A model generated the notes under the pieces. It worked only from the letters and a program-made list of their open reading frames with translations, had not been told where the DNA came from and did no database searches. Positions 26,785 through 40,899 of a stretch of 64,000 bases of DNA are shown one piece after another. Position numbers and translations under genes: made by a program. Location: positions 8,990,001 to 9,054,000 of the forward strand of contig JBHGNT010000020.1 of NCBI GenBank assembly GCA_043228905.1, written 5' to 3'. How positions within the stretch are numbered: position 1 is the first letter of the stretch; the number at the start of each line of letters is the position of its first letter. The DNA is from Azolla caroliniana (taxonomy: Eukaryota; Plantae; Polypodiophyta).

Positions 26785-29568
26785 ACCCACTGTCTAGGTG
26801 TCAAATAACACTGTGATAAAACTTGCCAAATTTGAGAAATGTAACTCCAAATCTGAGAAGCAATCGGGCATTGTATAAATCGATGAGTATTATCTTCCAT
26901 TTGAACAATTAGATGGTTGCATACAATGCATACATAATTAGATAACTTGACATTTTCGGTTGAGTATGCATGTTAGAATTTGTAAAATTGTCGTAAGTGC
27001 TAAAGAAATGGTTATCACATTGATGAAGTTCTTGATAGCCTTGCTAAAACAATTTGATAGATTTTGTCTACAAGCACGACTTCTCAACAAATCAAGTGCT
27101 ACTTTTTGAACCTTTGATACACTAGGCAATTTTGCCGAGAAAAACACATGTATTAATAAATGCATATGCACACACAATCCATTGGATAAGTATAGTCTTG
27201 AGGTAATTAATATTTCAAGAGCAACATTTGGTGGTGACAACATGGATGAAAGCAGTAGAAAACAAAAGAAGAAGTCATTGTTTCACTTGAAGTTAATGTC
27301 TCTAGGAACAATGACTTCTTCTTTTGTTTTCTACTGCTTTAGTCTCAGGATGATAGCCCGAAGAAAGCTTAGATAAAATTTGGAGAAGTTTGAGTATGTG
27401 CTTCCAAAATTTTGAGATAAATTGTGAACCCCGATCACTAATAACATCATCTGGAAGATCATGGTGCTTAAATACCTCCCGCATAATTAGATCGACTGCC
27501 TCTTGACTAGTAATAGACTTCGTACATGGCAAGAAATGTCCCATTTTGGTAAGACGATAAACCATTGTGAGAATTGCATCATAACCTTTTGAAACTGGGA
27601 GATCGGTAATGAAATCCAAGGATATAGACTTCCAAGGATTTTCTGGAATGGGAAGTGGTTGTAGTAAGCCATAGGATCGGTGTCAAGGACTTTTTGATCG
27701 ACAACATGTATCACAACTGCGAACATACTCCTCAACAAAATGACGAAGGCGAGGCCACCAATATTGTCGAGAAATTAATTCTAGAGTTTTGCGTACTCCA
27801 AAATGTCCTGCCATTGGTGAGTCATGGCAGTGTTGTAAAACTTGTAGTCGTGGGGGACCATCAGGAACATACAATAGGTTTTGTCGAAATAGAAAACTAC
27901 CATGCCAATAGAACTGACGATAATCATTATGAGGGTTTTTCGACTGCGAGCAAGAAGCACGATCTAGGACAATATGATCCAAAACATCCTTGGCGAATTC
28001 ATCAGTGGCCATATGATCTCGAATGGAATCAAGAATAGTGGAATCTTCAAGTGTTTTTATGGCATTAACTACCATTAATCGTAGGCGATTAGGACCTAAA
28101 AGGATTTGTTTTTGATGCTCAAACGCAGGTTCCCCTCGATGAAGTTCCATATAAGAGCATCGAGAAAACGCATTTGCTTTGCCTTGATGCATCCCAAGGC
28201 GATATATGATTACAAAGTCAAAGTGGGTCAAAAATTGCGCCCACCACGCTTGTCACCGACTCAAGATGCGAGCATTTTGAAAATATGGTAGGTTCTTATG
28301 ATCATTGTAGACAATGATCTGTTGAGAAGACCCTTCTAGAAAATGTCGCCATTGTTGAAAAGAATCCACGATTGCAAGAAGTTCTTTGTCATGGATCTCA
28401 AAGTTTATCTTTGCAACTTCAAACTTTTGGGAATGAAAGGCGACAAGGTGTAGCTCTCCGTCATCTCCAGTCTGTGATAGGACACTTCCTAGTGCAAAAT
28501 TGGATGCATCAACTTCAAGGATGAAGCCGCGTTTTGTTGGGTCGACATGTGCTAAAATAGGTGTCGTTGTAAACGCCCATTTTAAACTTTCAAATGCCTT
28601 GGCTGCATCTAAACTCCATATGAATGGTTGATTTTTGTGTGTGAGTTGAGTGAGCTGAAGCACAACCTTAGAATAATTTTTAATAAATTTCCGATAAAAG
28701 TTTGCAAACCTGAGAAAACATTGTATATCGCACACTCAAACGGGCATCCACCATTCTAAAATTGCTCGAACCTTCATGGGGTCCATAGAAATACCATCTG
28801 ATGATACAACGTACCCCAAAAATTCCACTTGATTCTGGCCGAAACTACACTTTTCTAATTTTGCATAGAGACCATATTCTCGTAGGCGACGTAGTACCTG
28901 ACGAACATGTCCTCTCTTTCTCTCTCTTTCTCTTGATAATTTAAACCAATTTGGTTTTTGGAGGATTGATAGATCCCTATTTATAAATCCTTATAGAGTA
29001 ATATAGATTATTCTAGAATAATTTAGGACATTCTAGAATATAGAGTAACCTAGTAGTCTAGAAGGTTTATAGAGTATTGTAGAAGGTTCTAGCATATAGA
29101 ACACTCTAGAATATTCTAGGACATTCTAGAATATAAAGTAATATATAATATTCTTAAGATATTGGATTATATATTCTAAAAACCATACACATAAACATGT
29201 TACTATAATGGTTAAGGATTTGACATGTGTATAACAAGTTTGTGGCCTCAAATCCTTTTGAGGCATGATGTGAGTGTCATCATGACAGAAGGGGCATGTT
29301 GAGAGTCAAACTCAACTTCTCGAGTGTGGGAACACACTCTAGGATACTCAAGTGTGTGACCACCCCACCTCTTTGTATAGTAACTAGTGTGTCATAGAAG
29401 TTAATATCCTATGATACATATTCTTTAAAGTAGTTAAGACTCGACCTCTTTCCCAAGAGGTGCCTCTAGTGAGAGAACCTAGAGAGAAGGTGACTACATA
29501 AGCAACTTCTCCTTTTCTTTTGTAACTATTGGTCATTCTTGTTATACAGTTTTCTGTTTTTCTGTAAC

Positions 29569-29601
<33 letters not shown>

Positions 29602-32600
29602 AAACTCACAATTATATTAATAAATGTGTGTAAAAAACACTACTTACAATGGGTGTGACCATGAAGTATGGTCACCCACTAACTACACTACACTACATGG
29701 GTAGTGGAACATGTTGAATTGCCAATAGGCAAGACGAATATTCCACCGAGGAAAGGATTTCCACTTGTTCCAATAATGAAAATTGCCACATTAGTACTCC
29801 CTTCAACTTTCGTAGATATGCTTTCACTCCATGTCTACCATCGAATATAAAAGTGTTGCGCATATTCCAATTATGACGCAATCCCCAATATCTCAAAAAT
29901 AGAAAAACAATCTCCATCTATGACTCTGGGTCCACCTGTGTAAATTGTGCAAACACCCACTGTCTAGGTGTCAAATAACACTGTGATAAAACTTGCCAAA
30001 TTTGAGAAATGTAACTCCAAATCTGAGAAGCAATCGGGCATTGTATAAATCGATGAGTATTATCTTCCATTTGAACAATTAGATGGTTGCATACAATGCA
30101 TACATAATTAGATAACTTGACATTTTCGGTTGAGTATGCATGTTAGAATTTGTAAAATTGTCGTAAGTGCTAAAGAAATGGTTATCACATTGATGAAGTT
30201 CTTGATAGCCTTGCTAAAACAATTTGATAGATTTTGTCTACAAGCACGACTTCTCAACAAATCAAGTGCTACTTTTTGAACCTTTGATACACTAGGCAAT
30301 TTTGCCGAGAAAAACACATGTATTAATAAATGCATATGCACACACAATCCATTGGATAAGTATAGTCTTGAGGTAATTAATATTTCAAGAGCAACATTTG
30401 GTGGTGACAACATGGATGAAAGCAGTAGAAAACAAAAGAAGAAGTCATTGTTTCACTTGAAGTTAATGTCTCTAGGAACAATGACTTCTTCTTTTGTTTT
30501 CTACTGCTTTAGTCTCAGGATGATAGCCCGAAGAAAGCTTAGATAAAATTTGGAGAAGTTTGAGTATGTGCTTCCAAAATTTTGAGATAAATTGTGGACC
30601 CCGATCACTAATAACATCATCTGGAAGATCATGGTGCTTAAATACCTCCCGCATAATTAGATCGACTGCCTCTTGACTAGTAATAGACTTCGTACATGGC
30701 AAGAAATGTCCCATTTTGGTAAGACGATAAACCATTGTGAGAATTGCATCATAACCTTTTGAAACTGGGAGATCGGTAATGAAATCCAAGGATATAGACT
30801 TCCAAGGATTTTCTGGAATGGGAAGTGGTTGTAGTAAGCCATAGGATCGGTGTCAAGGACTTTTTGATCGACAACATGTATCACAACTGCGAACATACTC
30901 CTCAACAAAATGACGAAGGCGAGGCCACCAATATTGTCGAGAAATTAATTCTAGAGTTTTGCGTACTCCAAAATGTCCTGCCATTGGTGAGTCATGGCAG
31001 TGTTGTAAAACTTGTAGTCGTGGGGGACCATCAGGAACATACAATAGGTTTTGTCGAAATAGAAAACTACCATGCCAATAGAACTGACGATAATCATTAT
31101 GAGGGTTTTTCGACTGCGAGCAAGAAGCACGATCTAGGACAATATGATCCAAAACATCCTTGGCGAATTCATCAGTGGCCATATGATCTCGAATGGAATC
31201 AAGAATAGTGGAATCTTCAAGTGTTTTTATGGCATTAACTACCATTAATCGTAGGCGATTAGGACCTAAAAGGATTTGTTTTTGATGCTCAAACGCAGGT
31301 TCCCCTCGATGAAGTTCCATATAAGAGCATCGAGAAAACGCATTTGCTTTGCCTTGATGCATCCCAAGGCGATATATGATTACAAAGTCAAAGTGGGTCA
31401 AAAATTGCGCCCACCACGCTTGTCACCGACTCAAGATGCGAGCATTTTGAAAATATGGTAGGTTCTTATGATCATTGTAGACAATGATCTGTTGAGAAGA
31501 CCCTTCTAGAAAATGTCGCCATTGTTGAAAAGAATCCACGATTGCAAGAAGTTCTTTGTCATGGATCTCAAAGTTTATCTTTGCAACTTCAAACTTTTGG
31601 GAATGAAAGGCGACAAGGTGTAGCTCTCCGTCATCTCCAGTCTGTGATAGGACACTTCCTAGTGCAAAATTGGATGCATCAACTTCAAGGATGAAGCCGC
31701 GTTTTGTTGGGTCGACATGTGCTAAAATAGGTGTCGTTGTAAACGCCCATTTTAAACTTTCAAATGCCTTGGCTGCATCTAAACTCCATATGAATGGTTG
31801 ATTTTTGTGTGTGAGTTGAGTGAGCTGAAGCACAACCTTAGAATAATTTTTAATAAATTTCCGATAAAAGTTTGCAAACCTGAGAAAACATTGTATATCG
31901 CACACTCAAACGGGCATCCACCATTCTAAAATTGCTCGAACCTTCATGGGGTCCATAGAAATACCATCTGATGATACAACGTACCCCAAAAATTCCACTT
32001 GATTCTGGCCGAAACTACACTTTTCTAATTTTGCATAGAGACCATATTCTCGTAGGCGACGTAGTACCTGACGAACATGTCCTCTCTTTCTCTCTCTTTC
32101 TCTTGATAATTTAAACCAATTTGGTTTTTGGAGGATTGATAGATCCCTATTTATAAATCCTTATAGAGTAATATAGATTATTCTAGAATAATTTAGGACA
32201 TTCTAGAATATAGAGTAACCTAGTAGTCTAGAAGGTTTATAGAGTATTGTAGAAGGTTCTAGCATATAGAACACTCTAGAATATTCTAGGACATTCTAGA
32301 ATATAAAGTAATATATAATATTCTTAAGATATTGGATTATATATTCTAAAAACCATACACATAAACATGTTACTATAATGGTTAAGGATTTGACATGTGT
32401 ATAACAAGTTTGTGGCCTCAAATCCTTTTGAGGCATGATGTGAGTGTCATCATGACAGAAGGGGCATGTTGAGAGTCAAACTCAACTTCTCGAGTGTGGG
32501 AACACACTCTAGGATACTCAAGTGTGTGACCACCCCACCTCTTTGTATAGTAACTAGTGTGTCATAGAAGTTAATATCCTATGATACATATTCTTTAAAG

Positions 32601-32738
32601 TAGTTAAGACTCGACCTCTTTCCCAAGAGGTGCCTCTAGTGAGAGAACCTAGAGAGAAGGTGACTACATAAGCAACTTCTCCTTTTCTTTTGTAACTATT
32701 GGTCATTCTTGTTATACAGTTTTCTGTTTTTCTGTAAC

Positions 32739-32771
<33 letters not shown>

Positions 32772-35700
32772 AAACTCACAATTATATTAATAAATGTGTG
32801 TAAAAAACACTACTTACAATGGGTGTGACCATGAAGTATGGTCACCCACTAACTACACTACACTACATGGGTAGTGGAACATGTTGAATTGCCAATAGGC
32901 AAGACGAATATTCCACCGAGGAAAGGATTTCCACTTGTTCCAATAATGAAAATTGCCACATTAGTACTCCCTTCAACTTTCGTAGATATGCTTTCACTCC
33001 ATGTCTACCATCGAATATAAAAGTGTTGCGCATATTCCAATTATGACGCAATCCCCAATATCTCAAAAATAGAAAAACAATCTCCATCTATGACTCTGGG
33101 TCCACCTGTGTAAATTGTGCAAACACCCACTGTCTAGGTGTCAAATAACACTGTGATAAAACTTGCCAAATTTGAGAAATGTAACTCCAAATCTGAGAAG
33201 CAATCGGGCATTGTATAAATCGATGAGTATTATCTTCCATTTGAACAATTAGATGGTTGCATACAATGCATACATAATTAGATAACTTGACATTTTCGGT
33301 TGAGTATGCATGTTAGAATTTGTAAAATTGTCGTAAGTGCTAAAGAAATGGTTATCACATTGATGAAGTTCTTGATAGCCTTGCTAAAACAATTTGATAG
33401 ATTTTGTCTACAAGCACGACTTCTCAACAAATCAAGTGCTACTTTTTGAACCTTTGATACACTAGGCAATTTTGCCGAGAAAAACACATGTATTAATAAA
33501 TGCATATGCACACACAATCCATTGGATAAGTATAGTCTTGAGGTAATTAATATTTCAAGAGCAACATTTGGTGGTGACAACATGGATGAAAGCAGTAGAA
33601 AACAAAAGAAGAAGTCATTGTTTCACTTGAAGTTAATGTCTCTAGGAACAATGACTTCTTCTTTTGTTTTCTACTGCTTTAGTCTCAGGATGATAGCCCG
33701 AAGAAAGCTTAGATAAAATTTGGAGAAGTTTGAGTATGTGCTTCCAAAATTTTGAGATAAATTGTGGACCCCGATCACTAATAACATCATCTGGAAGATC
33801 ATGGTGCTTAAATACCTCCCGCATAATTAGATCGACTGCCTCTTGACTAGTAATAGACTTCGTACATGGCAAGAAATGTCCCATTTTGGTAAGACGATAA
33901 ACCATTGTGAGAATTGCATCATAACCTTTTGAAACTGGGAGATCGGTAATGAAATCCAAGGATATAGACTTCCAAGGATTTTCTGGAATGGGAAGTGGTT
34001 GTAGTAAGCCATAGGATCGGTGTCAAGGACTTTTTGATCGACAACATGTATCACAACTGCGAACATACTCCTCAACAAAATGACGAAGGCGAGGCCACCA
34101 ATATTGTCGAGAAATTAATTCTAGAGTTTTGCGTACTCCAAAATGTCCTGCCATTGGTGAGTCATGGCAGTGTTGTAAAACTTGTAGTCGTGGGGGACCA
34201 TCAGGAACATACAATAGGTTTTGTCGAAATAGAAAACTACCATGCCAATAGAACTGACGATAATCATTATGAGGGTTTTTCGACTGCGAGCAAGAAGCAC
34301 GATCTAGGACAATATGATCCAAAACATCCTTGGCGAATTCATCAGTGGCCATATGATCTCGAATGGAATCAAGAATAGTGGAATCTTCAAGTGTTTTTAT
34401 GGCATTAACTACCATTAATCGTAGGCGATTAGGACCTAAAAGGATTTGTTTTTGATGCTCAAACGCAGGTTCCCCTCGATGAAGTTCCATATAAGAGCAT
34501 CGAGAAAACGCATTTGCTTTGCCTTGATGCATCCCAAGGCGATATATGATTACAAAGTCAAAGTGGGTCAAAAATTGCGCCCACCACGCTTGTCACCGAC
34601 TCAAGATGCGAGCATTTTGAAAATATGGTAGGTTCTTATGATCATTGTAGACAATGATCTGTTGAGAAGACCCTTCTAGAAAATGTCGCCATTGTTGAAA
34701 AGAATCCACGATTGCAAGAAGTTCTTTGTCATGGATCTCAAAGTTTATCTTTGCAACTTCAAACTTTTGGGAATGAAAGGCGACAAGGTGTAGCTCTCCG
34801 TCATCTCCAGTCTGTGATAGGACACTTCCTAGTGCAAAATTGGATGCATCAACTTCAAGGATGAAGCCGCGTTTTGTTGGGTCGACATGTGCTAAAATAG
34901 GTGTCGTTGTAAACGCCCATTTTAAACTTTCAAATGCCTTGGCTGCATCTAAACTCCATATGAATGGTTGATTTTTGTGTGTGAGTTGAGTGAGCTGAAG
35001 CACAACCTTAGAATAATTTTTAATAAATTTCCGATAAAAGTTTGCAAACCTGAGAAAACATTGTATATCGCACACTCAAACGGGCATCCACCATTCTAAA
35101 ATTGCTCGAACCTTCATGGGGTCCATAGAAATACCATCTGATGATACAACGTACCCCAAAAATTCCACTTGATTCTGGCCGAAACTACACTTTTCTAATT
35201 TTGCATAGAGACCATATTCTCGTAGGCGACGTAGTACCTGACGAACATGTCCTCTCTTTCTCTCTCTTTCTCTTGATAATTTAAACCAATTTGGTTTTTG
35301 GAGGATTGATAGATCCCTATTTATAAATCCTTATAGAGTAATATAGATTATTCTAGAATAATTTAGGACATTCTAGAATATAGAGTAACCTAGTAGTCTA
35401 GAAGGTTTATAGAGTATTGTAGAAGGTTCTAGCATATAGAACACTCTAGAATATTCTAGGACATTCTAGAATATAAAGTAATATATAATATTCTTAAGAT
35501 ATTGGATTATATATTCTAAAAACCATACACATAAACATGTTACTATAATGGTTAAGGATTTGACATGTGTATAACAAGTTTGTGGCCTCAAATCCTTTTG
35601 AGGCATGATGTGAGTGTCATCATGACAGAAGGGGCATGTTGAGAGTCAAACTCAACTTCTCGAGTGTGGGAACACACTCTAGGATACTCAAGTGTGTGAC

Positions 35701-35908
35701 CACCCCACCTCTTTGTATAGTAACTAGTGTGTCATAGAAGTTAATATCCTATGATACATATTCTTTAAAGTAGTTAAGACTCGACCTCTTTCCCAAGAGG
35801 TGCCTCTAGTGAGAGAACCTAGAGAGAAGGTGACTACATAAGCAACTTCTCCTTTTCTTTTGTAACTATTGGTCATTCTTGTTATACAGTTTTCTGTTTT
35901 TCTGTAAC

Positions 35909-35941
<33 letters not shown>

Positions 35942-38900
35942 AAACTCACAATTATATTAATAAATGTGTGTAAAAAACACTACTTACAATGGGTGTGACC
36001 ATGAAGTATGGTCACCCACTAACTACACTACACTACATGGGTAGTGGAACATGTTGAATTGCCAATAGGCAAGACGAATATTCCACCGAGGAAAGGATTT
36101 CCACTTGTTCCAATAATGAAAATTGCCACATTAGTACTCCCTTCAACTTTCGTAGATATGCTTTCACTCCATGTCTACCATCGAATATAAAAGTGTTGCG
36201 CATATTCCAATTATGACGCAATCCCCAATATCTCAAAAATAGAAAAACAATCTCCATCTATGACTCTGGGTCCACCTGTGTAAATTGTGCAAACACCCAC
36301 TGTCTAGGTGTCAAATAACACTGTGATAAAACTTGCCAAATTTGAGAAATGTAACTCCAAATCTGAGAAGCAATCGGGCATTGTATAAATCGATGAGTAT
36401 TATCTTCCATTTGAACAATTAGATGGTTGCATACAATGCATACATAATTAGATAACTTGACATTTTCGGTTGAGTATGCATGTTAGAATTTGTAAAATTG
36501 TCGTAAGTGCTAAAGAAATGGTTATCACATTGATGAAGTTCTTGATAGCCTTGCTAAAACAATTTGATAGATTTTGTCTACAAGCACGACTTCTCAACAA
36601 ATCAAGTGCTACTTTTTGAACCTTTGATACACTAGGCAATTTTGCCGAGAAAAACACATGTATTAATAAATGCATATGCACACACAATCCATTGGATAAG
36701 TATAGTCTTGGGGTAATTAATATTTCAAGAGCAACATTTGGTGGTGACAACATGGATGAAAGCAGTAGAAAACAAAAGAAGAAGTCATTGTTTCACTTGA
36801 AGTTAATGTCTCTAGGAACAATGACTTCTTCTTTTGTTTTCTACTGCTTTAGTCTCAGGATGATAGCCCGAAGAAAGCTTAGATAAAATTTGGAGAAGTT
36901 TGAGTATGTGCTTCCAAAATTTTGAGATAAATTGTGGACCCCGATCACTAATAACATCATCTGGAAGATCATGGTGCTTAAATACCTCCCGCATAATTAG
37001 ATCGACTGCCTCTTGACTAGTAATAGACTTCGTACATGGCAAGAAATGTCCCATTTTGGTAAGACGATAAACCATTGTGAGAATTGCATCATAACCTTTT
37101 GAAACTGGGAGATCGGTAATGAAATCCAAGGATATAGACTTCCAAGGATTTTCTGGAATGGGAAGTGGTTGTAGTAAGCCATAGGATCGGTGTCAAGGAC
37201 TTTTTGATCGACAACATGTATCACAACTGCGAACATACTCCTCAACAAAATGACGAAGGCGAGGCCACCAATATTGTCGAGAAATTAATTCTAGAGTTTT
37301 GCGTACTCCAAAATGTCCTGCCATTGGTGAGTCATGGCAGTGTTGTAAAACTTGTAGTCGTGGGGGACCATCAGGAACATACAATAGGTTTTGTCGAAAT
37401 AGAAAACTACCATGCCAATAGAACTGACGATAATCATTATGAGGGTTTTTCGACTGCGAGCAAGAAGCACGATCTAGGACAATATGATCCAAAACATCCT
37501 TGGCGAATTCATCAGTGGCCATATGATCTCGAATGGAATCAAGAATAGTGGAATCTTCAAGTGTTTTTATGGCATTAACTACCATTAATCGTAGGCGATT
37601 AGGACCTAAAAGGATTTGTTTTTGATGCTCAAACGCAGGTTCCCCTCGATGAAGTTCCATATAAGAGCATCGAGAAAACGCATTTGCTTTGCCTTGATGC
37701 ATCCCAAGGCGATATATGATTACAAAGTCAAAGTGGGTCAAAAATTGCGCCCACCACGCTTGTCACCGACTCAAGATGCGAGCATTTTGAAAATATGGTA
37801 GGTTCTTATGATCATTGTAGACAATGATCTGTTGAGAAGACCCTTCTAGAAAATGTCGCCATTGTTGAAAAGAATCCACGATTGCAAGAAGTTCTTTGTC
37901 ATGGATCTCAAAGTTTATCTTTGCAACTTCAAACTTTTGGGAATGAAAGGCGACAAGGTGTAGCTCTCCGTCATCTCCAGTCTGTGATAGGACACTTCCT
38001 AGTGCAAAATTGGATGCATCAACTTCAAGGATGAAGCCGCGTTTTGTTGGGTCGACATGTGCTAAAATAGGTGTCGTTGTAAACGCCCATTTTAAACTTT
38101 CAAATGCCTTGGCTGCATCTAAACTCCATATGAATGGTTGATTTTTGTGTGTGAGTTGAGTGAGCTGAAGCACAACCTTAGAATAATTTTTAATAAATTT
38201 CCGATAAAAGTTTGCAAACCTGAGAAAACATTGTATATCGCACACTCAAACGGGCATCCACCATTCTAAAATTGCTCGAACCTTCATGGGGTCCATAGAA
38301 ATACCATCTGATGATACAACGTACCCCAAAAATTCCACTTGATTCTGGCCGAAACTACACTTTTCTAATTTTGCATAGAGACCATATTCTCGTAGGCGAC
38401 GTAGTACCTGACGAACATGTCCTCTCTTTCTCTCTCTTTCTCTTGATAATTTAAACCAATTTGGTTTTTGGAGGATTGATAGATCCCTATTTATAAATCC
38501 TTATAGAGTAATATAGATTATTCTAGAATAATTTAGGACATTCTAGAATATAGAGTAACCTAGTAGTCTAGAAGGTTTATAGAGTATTGTAGAAGGTTCT
38601 AGCATATAGAACACTCTAGAATATTCTAGGACATTCTAGAATATAAAGTAATATATAATATTCTTAAGATATTGGATTATATATTCTAAAAACCATACAC
38701 ATAAACATGTTACTATAATGGTTAAGGATTTGACATGTGTATAACAAGTTTGTGGCCTCAAATCCTTTTGAGGCATGATGTGAGTGTCATCATGACAGAA
38801 GGGGCATGTTGAGAGTCAAACTCAACTTCTCGAGTGTGGGAACACACTCTAGGATACTCAAGTGTGTGACCACCCCACCTCTTTGTATAGTAACTAGTGT

Positions 38901-39078
38901 GTCATAGAAGTTAATATCCTATGATACATATTCTTTAAAGTAGTTAAGACTCGACCTCTTTCCCAAGAGGTGCCTCTAGTGAGAGAACCTAGAGAGAAGG
39001 TGACTACATAAGCAACTTCTCCTTTTCTTTTGTAACTATTGGTCATTCTTGTTATACAGTTTTCTGTTTTTCTGTAAC

Positions 39079-39111
<33 letters not shown>

Positions 39112-40234
39112 AAACTCACAATTATATTAATAAATGTGTGTAAAAAACACTACTTACAATGGGTGTGACCATGAAGTATGGTCACCCACTAACTACACTA
39201 CACTACATGGGTAGTGGAACATGTTGAATTGCCAATAGGCAAGACGAATATTCCACCGAGGAAAGGATTTCCACTTGTTCCAATAATGAAAATTGCCACA
39301 TTAGTACTCCCTTCAACTTTCGTAGATATGCTTTCACTCCATGTCTACCATCGAATATAAAAGTGTTGCGCATATTCCAATTATGACGCAATCCCCAATA
39401 TCTCAAAAATAGAAAAACAATCTCCATCTATGACTCTGGGTCCACCTGTGTAAATTGTGCAAACACCCACTGTCTAGGTGTCAAATAACACTGTGATAAA
39501 ACTTGCCAAATTTGAGAAATGTAACTCCAAATCTGAGAAGCAATCGGGCATTGTATAAATCGATGAGTATTATCTTCCATTTGAACAATTAGATGGTTGC
39601 ATACAATGCATACATAATTAGATAACTTGACATTTTCGGTTGAGTATGCATGTTAGAATTTGTAAAATTGTCGTAAGTGCTAAAGAAATGGTTATCACAT
39701 TGATGAAGTTCTTGATAGCCTTGCTAAAACAATTTGATAGATTTTGTCTACAAGCACGACTTCTCAACAAATCAAGTGCTACTTTTTGAACCTTTGATAC
39801 ACTAGGCAATTTTGCCGAGAAAAACACATGTATTAATAAATGCATATGCACACACAATCCATTGGATAAGTATAGTCTTGAGGTAATTAATATTTCAAGA
39901 GCAACATTTGGTGGTGACAACATGGATGAAAGCAGTAGAAAACAAAAGAAGAAGTCATTGTTTCACTTGAAGTTAATGCCAAGTGGCCAACAAGAATAGG
40001 GCATCATAGTTAGTTTTCAAGCGAAGACCAGTCTAGCTACGATATTACCTACATTGGATAGTTGGTTGAAAAACAAAGTGTTCATCAAACGAAACACGAT
40101 AAGAAGTAAAAGTGACACCCGGAGGTATAATCAAATACACATAGGAGTAGGCTTTACTTGTTGACATTTAAAGAGAAAGTATGTATGTCGATGTATGTAT
40201 ATATCCATATGTGTATATACTATATACACATACA

Positions 40235-40265
<31 letters not shown>

Positions 40266-40376
40266 ATAATGTATGTATATATTCAAAGGCTAGAACATGA
40301 GAATATGGTAGAGTGGCATTTCTGGAAATTGAGGAAACATGGGGGTCATTTTGTTTTGAATATTATGATATTCTCC

Positions 40377-40479
40377 GCCACGTGGCATGACGCTGGCACG
40401 ATCGCAGCGGCTGACGCCTGCCACGTCCGCAGCCCGCTTTCCACGTAAGCACGCGCTGACCTGTTCCCCTACCACGTGG
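40377..40479 (+). promoter_or_regulatory. G-box/ABRE cluster
   Basis: gccacgtggc at 40377, gccacgtc at 40420, ccacgtaa at 40441, ccacgtgg at 40472, plus TGACG motifs; upstream of a (CT)n leader. Confidence 0.6.
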
Positions 40480-40728
40480 ATTGCCAGCTAGGACCGTTCT
40501 CCCTGAGCTGTAACTACAAAAGCTCAGTGACGCAAACGGCGATGGCAGTCTCTCTCTCTCTCTCTCTCTCTCTCTTCTTCCTATTCCTCTCCTTCTCGAC
40601 GCTGTTGTTGCTGGATTAGGTTGCCATTTCTTTCACTGCTTTAATCTCTGCGACAATTTCTGTGAAAACCCCAACTACCTAGTTGACCAGATTCTTTACT
40701 GTTTCTCAGCTAGGAACTCATTGCAGAT

Positions 40729-40842
40729 ATGGAGGTCGGTCTAGCCTCAGATCATCATCAGGAAGCACATGAGAAGAAGAAGGAGCTCCATAAAGCTTCA
40801 GACATATTTGTCCGAGCTCTTGAAAACGAGAACATCAAGTTC
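40729..40842 (+). pseudogene. Truncated 5' end of an acetolactate-synthase-like (ThDP enzyme) gene
   Basis: MEVGLASDHHQEAHEKKKELHKASDIFVRALENENIKF resembles the ThDP-enzyme N-terminal KAxDLxVxxLENEGV motif. It is preceded by a plausible 5'UTR intron (gt at ~40620 to ttgcag at 40726). The match is short. Confidence 0.55.
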
Positions 40843-40868
40843 TGGCACGTCGAGGTGCTGCTCGGTCT

Positions 40869-40899
40869 CCTAAACCCTAAACCCTAAACCCTAAACCCT
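40869..40899. repeat. Interstitial plant telomere repeat (CCCTAAA)x4
   Basis: cctaaaccctaaaccctaaaccctaaaccct, seen directly. Confidence 0.95.

Larger units (their letters stand above)
13157..39978. repeat. Tandem array of a 3170-bp composite unit, at least 9 copies
   Basis: Units start at 13157, 16327, 19497, 22667, 25837, (gap), 27339, 30509, 33679 and 36849. Identical ORF sets recur at a 3170 period. Only a few SNPs seen. Confidence 0.97.

Noticed and set aside
13157-39978. Array as amplification of a functional gene or as tandem intact retrotransposons
   Set aside because: The unit has only frameshifted pol fragments, with no gag, complete RT, paired LTRs or host gene.
13157-39978. CRISPR-like or spacer-bearing array
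   Set aside because: The units are near-identical end to end with no variable spacers, and the context is eukaryotic.
40178-40282. TA/TG-rich stretch with a 96-aa ORF
   Set aside because: A simple (TATG/TGTATG)n microsatellite.
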